From the NCBI GenBank assembly GCA_040222015.1, contig JAVJWO010000120.1:1-33311 (forward strand): a DNA stretch of 33,311 nt. The letters run 5' to 3'. A program made the position numbers and the translations under genes. Below are positions 1-8,385 of the stretch, one piece after another. The stretch's first letter is position 1, and every line of letters starts with the position of its first letter. This DNA is from Coleofasciculus chthonoplastes F2-STO-03. GTDB taxonomy: Bacteria > Cyanobacteriota > Cyanobacteriia > Cyanobacteriales > Coleofasciculaceae. The notes below the pieces were generated by a model, which saw only the letters and a program-made list of their open reading frames with translations, ran no database searches and was not told the origin of the DNA.

Positions 1-1
1 C

Positions 2-313
2 TTGATAAACAACATCTATTTGTACCAAGTTTTTTATTCGATCAGAAGAGTTCGCCAGCAGATCCGCCAGCTCATCATTGGCTTCGTAAACTTCCAGTTC
101 TTTGAGTACAGATTCAGGAGTTCCCAGAGCGCTGAAGTAGCTAATTTGCTCGTCTCGTTCTGCTGGAGCGAGTGTGCCATCTCCCTTCGCACAAATAAGT
201 GCAGCTTTGCCAACGGATTGAAAATCATCACCGTTTGGAAAGCTGGTAAAGCCGTACATCTGATTGAAGAGCCAGAGGTTTCCTTTTCGTTGATAGTCTG
301 TAGTCGTTGTCAT
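2..313 (-). CDS. Hypothetical protein, possibly TerB-like fold; runs off the window edge (not in the ORF track)
   Basis: Manual translation from ATG at 313 with GAGGAG RBS upstream: MTTTTDYQRKGNLWLFNQMYG...ALICAKGDGTLAPAERDEQISY..., open to position 2. The AxGDGxLxxxE segment resembles the TerB ADG-x-E motif. Confidence 0.7.
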   Translation of the reverse strand, partial: MTTTTDYQRKGNLWLFNQMYGFTSFPNGDDFQSVGKAALICAKGDGTLAPAERDEQISYFSALGTPESVLKELEVYEANDELADLLANSSDRIKNLVQIDVVYQ

Positions 314-458
314 TGTTTTCTCCTCGGAATAGTCCCGGCATTAGATTACTATTTGGAAAGTCTATCATGTTAATGCGGCACCAGCCATCCTACTTCAACT
401 AAGAAGATAGGATCAGCCGCACCGCCTCGCTCAGTATTAAATCAGTATTACAGGGAGT

Positions 459-1175
459 TTATTCCGCTGTAGCCAGTTCTGTACTACTACCACTCCGACG
501 ACGGGTTAGGGTGTTGAAGAGCATCTGACCAATCGCTTTAATCAGATTCCCTTCTAATTCCTGGAACAGCTTCATATTCATGCCAAATGCCGCATTTGCC
601 TCATCAACAATCCGTTCGGCTGTGGCGTCATCAATGGGGAGTTCATTCAAGGCTTGGCGATACTCGGCTTTAAAGGCTTTTTCGTCAGGAATGTCTTGAA
701 ACTCGTAAAATGCTGTACCTTCACCCTCAGATAAATTCATCGCCCGTTGAGCAATCTTTTTCAGGATTTGCCCCCCGGATAAATCGCCCAGATAGCGCGT
801 GTAGCAATGGGCGACTAATAGTTCGGGTTCAGAGGCGGACACGTCGCGAATTCGCTGCACGTAGTCTTTACCCGCAGATGAAGGCGCTACTTGTTCGCGC
901 CAGTTGGCACCGTAGTAATAGTACAAGTCTTGCTCTAGACTTTTCTGGCGATTGAGTTGGGGAAAGTAGAGTTTTGAGAGAATTGGATGTTGGCGATGGC
1001 GCTCCATTTCTTCTTCCATCGCACTATAGACGAAGTAGAGATTGGCGACGAGTTTCCGGTAGGAGTTCTTTTCAACGACGCCTTTCAAAAAACATTTGAC
1101 AAATCCCACGTTTTCTGCCATAGTGTGGGCTTTTTTTGTTCCCTCACGTAACTGAGTGGCTAAATTGGTACTCAT
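459..1175 (-). CDS. ho1: Heme oxygenase (biliverdin-producing)
   Basis: MSTNLATQLREGTKKAHTMAENVGF (heme-ligand His) and YTRYLGDLSGGQILK signature. Start moved from 1235 to the ATG at 1175. Confidence 0.96.
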   Translation of the reverse strand: MSTNLATQLREGTKKAHTMAENVGFVKCFLKGVVEKNSYRKLVANLYFVYSAMEEEMERHRQHPILSKLYFPQLNRQKSLEQDLYYYYGANWREQVAPSSAGKDYVQRIRDVSASEPELLVAHCYTRYLGDLSGGQILKKIAQRAMNLSEGEGTAFYEFQDIPDEKAFKAEYRQALNELPIDDATAERIVDEANAAFGMNMKLFQELEGNLIKAIGQMLFNTLTRRRSGSSTELATAE

Positions 1176-1298
1176 GTTAAATTTCCTATCCCTAAGGTTT
1201 ACGACTTGTGTATTTTTACGTCCAAAACGTATCAAAACCGTCCCAAATGCTTAGGTTAAACTGATATGATGAAAATTTATATTAAAAATTGTAAAGTT

Positions 1299-1319
1299 TT
1301 GGTCATTGGTCATTGGTCA
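1299..1319. repeat. STRR2-type heptamer (TTGGTCA)x3
   Basis: Seen directly in sequence. Confidence 0.85.
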
Positions 1320-1320
1320 A

Positions 1321-1383
1321 GTCGGGGCGGGTTTATTTATATCTGGGTGTAACCGAAAAGATAGTAGTGAAACCCGCCCCTAC
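1321..1383. repeat. REP/SDR-like element GGGGCGGGTTT-N35-AAACCCGCCCCTAC
   Basis: Inverted arms; the spacer closely matches the copy at 18324-18386. Confidence 0.85.
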
Positions 1384-1427
1384 ACAATTTGCCCCATCTC
1401 CCCCATTTCCCCTCTCCTGCTACAGGC

Positions 1428-2669
1428 TCAATCCTGCAAGATTGTTTTGGACACAATCCGAGTTTTCTTGCGATCGGCGTCTGAGAGTTCTTCACCAGAT
1501 TGCAAACGAGTCGCGTTGGTTTGCAGAACCGTGGCGGCACTTTTATCTCCCATTTGGATTGCAGTATTAGCCGCCGTTTGTAACATTGTGGCAGCGCCAG
1601 AGCGATCGCCTGTTTGCAGTTTGGCTTCGGCGATTTGAGTTTGCCTGTATTTGGCTAATGCCAGAATCGATTGTTGGACTTTGGTATTGGGAGACGGTTG
1701 ATAGGTACTCTGAACGTTAATCTCGACGGGAACCTGTTCCGACTTTAACCCCTCTTCCCCTGTCGCGGGGTCATCATACCGCACTTGCAGCTTCGCGATC
1801 GCCTGATACCCAACAGACAGTTGTCCCATATACAGATTTGCCAGAATCACCCGTTCGGCATCAGTCATCAAATCGCCCAAGCGGACGACAAATTGATCAC
1901 CTTGGGGTTGCAGGGGGAGTTCAATCGTATCCGGGGCGACTTGGGCAATGGGTTTGAATTCGGCAAACCGCACACCATCCATTAATTCACATAATAAGTA
2001 AGCATTGGTCAAGCCAACGGCTTGGATACGGTTAAACAAGCGTCCAAACTCCTGCACCGCTTGCTCCGGCTGTTCAATATAAGAAAGCGTACCACTGCCC
2101 GAATCGGCAATTTTTTCTAGCACATCTTGGTTCCAACTTGCCCCAAATCCTAGGGTATTGATCGTCAGCTTATGCTCAACCGCGAATTGGGCTAATGTTA
2201 AGCAGCGATCATTGTCGCCATGTTCATTTTCGCCATCCGTGAGCAGAAACACCTGAGATACGGCGTCAGCTTTTCCCTTAGCTACTTCTGCAATCCCCAG
2301 TTTCAACCCCTCATCAATCGCCGTTCCCCCATCGGCAGAGAGTTGGCGGATTTGGGATTTAATTGTGTTCAGATTATCGATCGCTTGATTAGGAACCAAT
2401 ACTTTGGCACGATGATCAAAGGCAATCACACAGATGCGATCGCCCTCCTTGAGTCGTTCAATCAGTTGCATTGCCGCTTTTTTCACCGTTTCTAGGGGAC
2501 GCCCATGCATCGATCCACTGTGATCGAGAATTAAGCATAAATTCAGCGGCAGCGACTGATCCTCCGATTGGGTAATTGCCCGAATCGCGATCGATAACTG
2601 ACGCTGGGAACTGGGTTGATTGGCATCAAGATTGGTATCGCTGAGGGCAGGGTGTAAACCAACTTTCAT
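1428..2669 (-). CDS. VWA domain-containing protein
   Basis: MIDAS motif LILDHSGSM, GGT, LLTDGE. Likely start MKVGLHPALSD at 2669. Confidence 0.92.
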   Translation of the reverse strand: MKVGLHPALSDTNLDANQPSSQRQLSIAIRAITQSEDQSLPLNLCLILDHSGSMHGRPLETVKKAAMQLIERLKEGDRICVIAFDHRAKVLVPNQAIDNLNTIKSQIRQLSADGGTAIDEGLKLGIAEVAKGKADAVSQVFLLTDGENEHGDNDRCLTLAQFAVEHKLTINTLGFGASWNQDVLEKIADSGSGTLSYIEQPEQAVQEFGRLFNRIQAVGLTNAYLLCELMDGVRFAEFKPIAQVAPDTIELPLQPQGDQFVVRLGDLMTDAERVILANLYMGQLSVGYQAIAKLQVRYDDPATGEEGLKSEQVPVEINVQSTYQPSPNTKVQQSILALAKYRQTQIAEAKLQTGDRSGAATMLQTAANTAIQMGDKSAATVLQTNATRLQSGEELSDADRKKTRIVSKTILQD

Positions 2670-2861
2670 GTCTAAAACTCCTAAGCCAGTAATAAAGATG
2701 TAACTATAGTAACCTTGGCGTAATACATCTGTACTAATGAAGGCGTGAGGTGGTTCAGGATACACCCCGAATCGCCATCAATCAAAAGAACTACCCCAGG
2801 CAACTTCACAAGCACGCTACTATGTTTTAAAGATAGCGCCATTATTGCATTCCCGAGGATC

Positions 2862-3135
2862 GTCAGGAACCCCACGGCTATAAGCCGGGGGCTTGGAATT
2901 TAGCCCGTACCTGACCAGCCTAAGTGGATGGTGCACTACGTTAACGGCAAGCGTTGTAGAGACGCGCCATGGCGCGTCTGTACCTACCTTGGGATGCTCT
3001 AGAACCGAGTGGTTAAACAGGTGTACAAGGGTTAAGAAGCGTGCCACTTGGAAAGTACCGACCGTTAACTTATGCGAGGCTAACGTCACCCCAGCAATGG
3101 GAGTTAGGGGCAACCATACCCCAAAAACTAACCCT
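2862..3135 (+). ncRNA. HEARO/omegaRNA-like scaffold (degenerate)
   Basis: Ordered blocks typical of IscB-upstream RNAs: GACCAGCCTAAG, CTACGTT, CTACCTTGGGATGC, TCTAGAACC, GTTAAACAG, GCGAGGCTAAC. Pairings GTTAACGG/CCGTTAAC and CCGAGTGG/CCACTTGG are visible. The 3' boundary is approximate. Confidence 0.7.
2956..2983. repeat. 28-bp GTAG palindrome GTAGAGACGCGCCATGGCGCGTCT(G)TAC
   Basis: Near-perfect palindrome; family copies at 3233, 15923, 19209 and 31552. Confidence 0.9.
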
Positions 3136-3232
3136 TATGCGTACAGGTTGAAAACTTTGAGCTTGTAATTGCCCAAGCGAAAGACAAATGCAAGATGTCA
3201 CCGGAGCAAGTAAATCCAAGGCGGTAAGGGTC

Positions 3233-3260
3233 GTACAGACGCGCCATGGCGCGTCTCTAC
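3233..3260. repeat. 28-bp GTAG palindrome
   Basis: GTACAGACGCGCCATGGCGCGTCTCTAC. Confidence 0.9.
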
Positions 3261-3441
3261 AAATATCGCAGTCGTGTACACGGGAAATGGAGCCGATACA
3301 TTCTCCCTTGAGAGGAAGTCCTGTCAGACTGCTGTTTATGTAAGAGGGCTTGCTTCCGTTCGGCTGACGCTCACGGCGAAAGCATCCCCATACATAAATG
3401 ACAGGGGTTTCCATTCGCCCCCTTACCAACCCCAATTTATG

Positions 3442-4095
3442 ATGAAACGACCGATTCAGGCAGTTCAATCAACTTACTATGGTCGGCAAAACTACCGCAC
3501 CCCGCCACCGGATTTACCGTCACTGCTCCTTAATGAGCGGATTGTCTATCTGGGTTTGCCCTTGGTGCCGCAAGTTACCGAATTGATTGTGGCAGAACTT
3601 TTGTATTTGCAGTACGACAATCCCGATAAGCCGATTAAAATTTACATTAATTCCACGGGAACCTCCTACCAGGGTCAAACGATTGGCTTTGAAACAGAAG
3701 CCTTTGCCATCTCTGACACGATCAATTACATTCAACCTCCCATCCATACCATTTGTATTGGTTCGGCAATGGGGATGGCAGCGATGCTGCTGTCGGCGGG
3801 GACAAAAGGCTGTCGGGCAAGTTTACCCAATGCCTCAATTGTGCTGCACCAACCCAAGAGTTATGCCCAGGGTCAAGCCACGGATATTCAAATTCGGGCG
3901 AAAGAAGTGCTAGCTAACAAGACGACCATGTTGGATATTTTTGCCAAAAATACGGGTCAATCTGCTCAAAAGATTGCCAAGGACATGGAGCGGATGTTGT
4001 ACATGACTCCTCATGAGGCAAAAGAGTATGGCTTGATTGATCGCGTGTTAGAGAGCGATGAAGTGCCGGCTGCTATAGCCACCAGTGCGTCCTAA
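3442..4095 (+). CDS. clpR: Clp protease non-catalytic subunit ClpR
   Basis: RTPPPDLPSLLLNERIVYLG signature; catalytic Ser absent (SAMGMAA in place of AASMG); lies upstream of clpP. The ORF-track extension to 3274 is inside the inserted element; start is 3442 (or 3439). Confidence 0.92.
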   Translation: MKRPIQAVQSTYYGRQNYRTPPPDLPSLLLNERIVYLGLPLVPQVTELIVAELLYLQYDNPDKPIKIYINSTGTSYQGQTIGFETEAFAISDTINYIQPPIHTICIGSAMGMAAMLLSAGTKGCRASLPNASIVLHQPKSYAQGQATDIQIRAKEVLANKTTMLDIFAKNTGQSAQKIAKDMERMLYMTPHEAKEYGLIDRVLESDEVPAAIATSAS

Positions 4096-4216
4096 TCCCA
4101 ACTCTGGCACTCAAGGGTGAGTATTTGTGGTTCTGCTTCAGGACAAACATCCAGATTAATGCCTAAACCTACCCGGAGCAACTCAAAACCAGGTTCCCTT
4201 GAGCAAGCGCGTTGGG

Positions 4217-4251
4217 TCAAAACTCAAAACTTAGAACTCAAAACTTAGAAC
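4217..4251. repeat. Heptamer tandem repeat T(C/T)A(A/G)AAC x5
   Basis: TCAAAAC TCAAAAC TTAGAAC TCAAAAC TTAGAAC. Confidence 0.75.
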
Positions 4252-4275
4252 TTTTTCTAGAATTCGGAGTAAATT

Positions 4276-4872
4276 ATGCCTATTGGCACCCCCAGAGTCC
4301 CTTATCAACTTCCCGGTTCTCCTTACAGCGATTGGATTAACATCTACGATCGTCTCTACCGGGAACGGATTATTTTTCTGGGTAAAGAAGTCGATGATGA
4401 GATTACTAACCAGATCATCGCGGTGATGCTTTACCTGGATTCTGAAGACAACAACAAAGATATTTATCTGTACATCAATTCTCCTGGTGGTTCAGTTACC
4501 GCAGGCATGGCGATTTATGACACCATGCAGCATATCAAGTCGGATGTGGTGACCATCTGTGTCGGTTTAGCGGCGTCGATGGGGTCCTTCCTGCTGACGG
4601 CTGGGAAGCAGGGGAAACGGTTGGCGTTACCCCACTCGCGGATTATGATTCACCAACCCTCTGGGGGTGTGCGGGGACAAGCGACGGATATTGAGATTGA
4701 AGCCAGGGAGATTTTGCGAATCCGGCGTCAACTCAACCAAATCTACGCGGATAAGACGGGTCAAACGGTTGAGAAGATTGAAAAAGATATCGATCGCGAC
4801 TTTTTCATGTCCGCGCAAGAGGCGAAGGAATACGGACTGATTGACCGGGTGATTGAGGAACGAGCAAGTTAA
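4276..4872 (+). CDS. clpP: ATP-dependent Clp protease proteolytic subunit (ClpP3-type)
   Basis: [11 protein letters not shown]-terminus; triad motifs AASMG, IMIHQP, RDFFM; GGAG RBS. Confidence 0.96.
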   Translation: MPIGTPRVPYQLPGSPYSDWINIYDRLYRERIIFLGKEVDDEITNQIIAVMLYLDSEDNNKDIYLYINSPGGSVTAGMAIYDTMQHIKSDVVTICVGLAASMGSFLLTAGKQGKRLALPHSRIMIHQPSGGVRGQATDIEIEAREILRIRRQLNQIYADKTGQTVEKIEKDIDRDFFMSAQEAKEYGLIDRVIEERAS

Positions 4873-4938
4873 GATAGACAGAATCGGTGGGGCAGTTCTA
4901 AAATACTGCCTCTATCTCTATCAGTGCTTGTCCTAGAA

Positions 4939-5517
4939 ATGAATCTGGCGGATTGTTATCGATTGTTAGGTTTAAGTGATGGCGCCTCTCGATCGCAGAT
5001 TAAGGCATCGTATCGGCGTTTGGCACGCCAGTGTCATCCGGATGTCAATGTCGGTGACGGGCTGGCTCAAACTAAGTTTATTGAGTTGACACAGGCGTAT
5101 AAACTGCTGCTGAATGCGATTAAAGCATCTGGGACAAATCAGTCGGCTGAGGATTCCCAGACGGTTACGGTGACCAAGCAGCCGCCAGCCAAACCTCCCT
5201 CGATTCCTACCCTATCAGAGATAGAATATCAGCTCAAATGGACATTCTATGAGCGTTTACAGCAATTACTCAAAGAACAACGCTTTGCCCGTGCGATCGC
5301 GCTGGTTGAGGGGTTGGCGCAACGAATCCCCCAAGATCCAGAGGTGCGACAGTGGCAAGCGATTACCTATCAATGTTGGGGACGATATTTGGTTAAGGAT
5401 GGGCAATTAGATAAGGCGAGAATTTATTTGAAAAAAGCCCTGAAAACTGACCCCCATAATCGTTCCCTATGGGCGGAAGTCGAACTCGATTTTCGCCGCA
5501 TGGAACAGATTGTTTAG
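4939..5517 (+). CDS. DnaJ (J-domain) protein with C-terminal TPR
   Basis: YRLLGL...YRRLARQCHPD (HPD motif); TPR-like ARIYLKKALKTDP. Confidence 0.9.
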   Translation: MNLADCYRLLGLSDGASRSQIKASYRRLARQCHPDVNVGDGLAQTKFIELTQAYKLLLNAIKASGTNQSAEDSQTVTVTKQPPAKPPSIPTLSEIEYQLKWTFYERLQQLLKEQRFARAIALVEGLAQRIPQDPEVRQWQAITYQCWGRYLVKDGQLDKARIYLKKALKTDPHNRSLWAEVELDFRRMEQIV

Positions 5518-5652
5518 TAATGCTTAGAAATAGTTACAGATTTTTTCAGTTTTGGGTGCGATCGCTCTTTTTTTTGGTATACTTTTATCATGGGAAAATG
5601 TGCCGACCTATAGACTCGATACTTATCACTTCAAAGGTTAACCCTACTGAGA

Positions 5653-5714
5653 GCGATATGTCCTATCAGACACGTTGGCGCGATACGTCCTATCGGACAC
5701 GCTAGCGCGATCGC
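5653..5714. repeat. Tandem 27-bp unit x2 abutting a HIP1 site (SDR-like)
   Basis: GCGATATGTCCTATCAGACACGTTGGC / GCGATACGTCCTATCGGACACGCTAGC followed by GCGATCGC. Confidence 0.8.
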
Positions 5715-5730
5715 ATTCCCTAATTGTCAA

Positions 5731-5790
5731 TAAGCTGTCATGCATTTAAATGGGGAATGGGTAGCGAGCAAGATGCTCGCACTACAAAGG
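5731..5790 (-). mobile_element. Partial MITE-like element (TAAGCTGT...TTTAAA end with internal GTAG hairpin)
   Basis: 5731-5776 is the near-exact reverse complement of 7296-7341. Confidence 0.75.
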
Positions 5791-5848
5791 ATCGCGTCGC
5801 CCTTTCCTCAATCTCCGGATTGGGGAAGATTACAAAATTTAAAAGAAA

Positions 5849-5877
5849 TTGACGAATTATTATCCAGAGGATAAATT
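5849..5877 (+). promoter_or_regulatory. Putative sigma70-type promoter for the pilin-like genes
   Basis: TTGACG-N17-TAAATT about 60 bp upstream of the ATG at 5939. Confidence 0.4.
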
Positions 5878-5938
5878 ATATTTCTCTCCTAGCAAAACTT
5901 AGGATAGACTTGAAACAGCTACCCTAGAGGAGCTTTAA

Positions 5939-6418
5939 ATGTTTCGTTTTTATGCCGTTGCATCAGCGTTAACCCTAGCTAGTGCTATAGGGTTGAGTTC
6001 TGAGGCGCTGGCTCAATCGGTTGATATTCCATTTACGGCTAGTGTTCCAATTGAGGTAACCTTTGATCAGGTTGTCCTTGGTACGGTGGAAACAACGGCT
6101 AGCGGTGGTTCAGTTCAACTGCCTAATGTTATAGAATCCGTCAATCCAGCAACGGTGACGTTACAGTCTAACACCCCTGCTACGCTAACAGTTTCGCCGC
6201 CTCGCCTTATCTCTGGGTCAACACCTGATCCGGATGGAACAAATTATGTCACGTTTGTCAGCTTTGGTACACAACAGGTGACGGCGGATACGGGGGATGT
6301 GACGGTGAATCTTCCGGTGGGAATTAGTGATTTAGACGTCGATATGCGTGTGGAAAGACCTGTACCCTTTCCGGCTGGGACTTACAATTATGCCGTGACG
6401 CTGACGGTAATCCCTTAA
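5939..6418 (+). CDS. Secreted pilin-like subunit 1 (chaperone-usher type, putative)
   Basis: GAGGAG RBS; signal peptide ending ALA|QSVD; beta-rich; C-terminal GTYNYAVTLTVIP. Confidence 0.75.
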   Translation: MFRFYAVASALTLASAIGLSSEALAQSVDIPFTASVPIEVTFDQVVLGTVETTASGGSVQLPNVIESVNPATVTLQSNTPATLTVSPPRLISGSTPDPDGTNYVTFVSFGTQQVTADTGDVTVNLPVGISDLDVDMRVERPVPFPAGTYNYAVTLTVIP

Positions 6419-6471
6419 TTTGCTTATCGATAAATTGGTTTTTATGTGCATATACCTTTAGGAGGTTTCTC

Positions 6472-7035
6472 ATGATTCGTCGTTTAGTTTTATCTGGATG
6501 CGTTTTGGCGGGTGCGGTGGCGTTTAGTCCGAACGTTTTGGCGCAATCTGTCGATGTCATTTTTGAAGGGAATATTGGGGAAAGTTGTAGTTTTGCGACT
6601 CCGGTTCCGGGTGTGTTGGTGTATACAGGTGGTGGACCAGGCGGTCCTGGATCTGTGATGGGAAAAATTAGCTCTGAGGCGCCGGGAGGAGTATCGGGTA
6701 GCGTCGATGTTTCCTGCAATACACCAAAAGCAGATATTCAAATTACTGATGCTCGTTTTGTTTCTTTTACTCCCACTGATCCAACTCTTCCTCCTTCCTT
6801 TCCGCCTCCAGGTTTAGATGCTTATTTAGATGCACGGGCAAGAGTTCCAGGATATGACACCTACTATAACGGTCCGGCTGACGGTAGCGGTAGTTCGAGT
6901 GGTTCATCCATGCCCATTTTTCCTAACCCTGGCGAACCCCTTCGACAAACCGTGGAAGTCGATCTGGGCGTTGATGGTGGATCTTTTGAAGCCGGAATCT
7001 ATCAATATTCGGTCACGTTAACAATTGTGCCGTAG
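6472..7035 (+). CDS. Secreted pilin-like subunit 2 (spore coat U/Csu-like, putative)
   Basis: AGGAGG RBS; signal peptide VLA|QSVD; Cys pair ESCSF...VSCN; C-terminal GIYQYSVTLTIVP. Confidence 0.75.
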   Translation: MIRRLVLSGCVLAGAVAFSPNVLAQSVDVIFEGNIGESCSFATPVPGVLVYTGGGPGGPGSVMGKISSEAPGGVSGSVDVSCNTPKADIQITDARFVSFTPTDPTLPPSFPPPGLDAYLDARARVPGYDTYYNGPADGSGSSSGSSMPIFPNPGEPLRQTVEVDLGVDGGSFEAGIYQYSVTLTIVP

Positions 7036-7140
7036 GTTCGTAGTAAGGGAACCTTAGCCCTGATCAAATTCCCCAAGAAGACCCCAAAAATACCCGAATC
7101 AGAGTTAGTTGGGTAGGATGTCAACTTCTCATTCTAAAAC

Positions 7141-7202
7141 AGGGCGAGTCGAGTTCATTAATCGGTTGTCCCGTTTACGCTAATGCAGCGACTCGCCCCT
7201 AC
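7141..7202. repeat. REP-like inverted repeat AGGGCGAGTCG...CGACTCGCCCCTAC
   Basis: Inverted arms ending in CTAC. Confidence 0.75.
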
Positions 7203-7213
7203 CCGCTACCCTT

Positions 7214-7341
7214 TAAGCTGTTCGGCATTTAAACCATAATGTCAAGAATTGCCAAATTCTTGCAGTGCGTTAAGCGAAGCCATGCCGCAGGCTTTGCATC
7301 TTGCTCGCTACCCATTCCCAATTTAAAGGCGTGACAGCTTA
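7214..7341 (+). mobile_element. MITE-like element with TAAGCTGT...ACAGCTTA terminal inverted repeats and a nested short insert
   Basis: Termini TAAGCTGTTCGGCATTTAAA / TTTAAAGGCGTGACAGCTTA; related copies at 5731 and 29200-29294. Confidence 0.78.
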
Positions 7342-7403
7342 CCCCCTATCTAAAACTTAGTATTTTTTCGATACGCTTATCTAATTCGATACATCATACA
7401 GCT

Positions 7404-8213
7404 ATGACTCTAGGTTTTAATTCCCTCTTGCCAACCGTTACTCGCATCAGTCGCTGGGCATTATCTGCGGCTTTACTCTGTGCAGGGGCGGCGCAAGCCC
7501 AAATGAGTGTTTCACCTTTAGTGATTGAAGCCCAAGCCAATCGCGGTCAAGCTCAAGCAATTATTAATGTTACTAATACCAGTAATCAACCTTTTCGGGG
7601 ACGAGTTTATGCTGAACCCTTTACCTATGGGGATAATGGGTTTCAAAGCTTGGAGTCTAGCCCCAGCGATTTAACGCCTTACCTGCAATTTTCACCTAGG
7701 GAATTAACTGTACCACCGGGAGTGCAGCGACGCATCCGTTTAATTACTCGCTTTCCACCTAGTTTGCCAGACGGGGAATATCGAGCGGTTGTGTTTACGG
7801 AAACGCTTCGGGAAACGACGGATAGTGGTGGCAATTCTGTTGCGTTGACGGCACGAATTGGCACAACGGTTTATGTGCGTCAGGGAGATTTATCGCCAAA
7901 TTTGACAGTGGAGAATGCTAGTTGGAATTCAGAACTAGGACAGATTCAAGTTTTGGTGAATAATACTGGAATGGCATCGGCTAGAGCAGCGGTGAGTTGG
8001 AGGTTAAAGCAGGGAGATACGGTTATAGATATGGGGAGTTTGAAACCGACGGGGATTGTGGCTGAGAGTGAGCGTCAGTTTCTATTGAATTATCCTGATG
8101 AAGGGCAATTAGCGGCGGGTCAATATCAGGTTACGGGGGAGTTGATCTGGGCGGAAGATGATCAGCGGCGTACACAGCCGTTTGGTGTTGAGTTGATGAT
8201 TCCTACGCCGTAA
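7404..8213 (+). CDS. Periplasmic fimbrial chaperone (PapD-like)
   Basis: Signal peptide AQA|Q; VSP...INVTNTS, FSPRELTVPPGVQRRIRL, GEYRAVVFTE and ARIGTTVYVR resemble the PapD N-domain. Confidence 0.82.
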   Translation: MTLGFNSLLPTVTRISRWALSAALLCAGAAQAQMSVSPLVIEAQANRGQAQAIINVTNTSNQPFRGRVYAEPFTYGDNGFQSLESSPSDLTPYLQFSPRELTVPPGVQRRIRLITRFPPSLPDGEYRAVVFTETLRETTDSGGNSVALTARIGTTVYVRQGDLSPNLTVENASWNSELGQIQVLVNNTGMASARAAVSWRLKQGDTVIDMGSLKPTGIVAESERQFLLNYPDEGQLAAGQYQVTGELIWAEDDQRRTQPFGVELMIPTP

Positions 8214-8261
8214 ATAAGGGGCGATCTCGTGGTTGAGCCGATTGGTTCTGAAGTTTTGGCT

Positions 8262-8282
8262 GGTGGGCAGTGCCCACCCTAC
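8262..8282. repeat. Short GTAG-type palindrome GGTGGGCAGTGCCCACCCTAC
   Basis: A related reverse-orientation copy is at 27551-27571. Confidence 0.8.
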
Positions 8283-8306
8283 GGTATATCTTGGGGTTGA
8301 TCGTTT

Positions 8307-8350
8307 TTAACGCAGAGGTTCGCAGAGGTTAACGCAGAGGTTCGCAGAGG
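8307..8350. repeat. Tandem 22-bp repeat TTAACGCAGAGGTTCGCAGAGG x2
   Basis: Seen directly in sequence. Confidence 0.85.
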
Positions 8351-8385
8351 GGTATTGGTGGCTTGAGTTTGGGTGTCGATGGGCT

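Larger units (their letters stand above)
2862..3441 (+). mobile_element. Non-autonomous IS200/IS605-family (IscB/IsrB-type) element without a nuclease ORF
   Basis: Left end GTCAGGAACCCCACGGCTATAAGCCGGGGGCTTG (hairpin); omegaRNA-like body; right-end hairpin CCCC...GGGGTTTCC at 3386-3412; ends directly before ATGAAA of clpR. Confidence 0.72.

Noticed and set aside
2..373. Plus-strand 123-aa ORF and minus-strand 34-231 ORF
   Set aside because: Shadows of the RBS-bearing minus-strand ORF starting at 313.
1278..1295. HLR1-like site upstream of ho1 (TTTACAAT-TT-TTAATATA, minus strand)
   Set aside because: Second half-site has two mismatches in AT-rich DNA; too weak to call.
2820..3468. ORFs 2820-3113, 2893-3168, 3070-3468 and the N-terminal extension of clpR from 3274
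   Set aside because: They read through the omegaRNA-like element and palindromes (e.g. RDAPWRV, ETRHGAS); no protein motifs.
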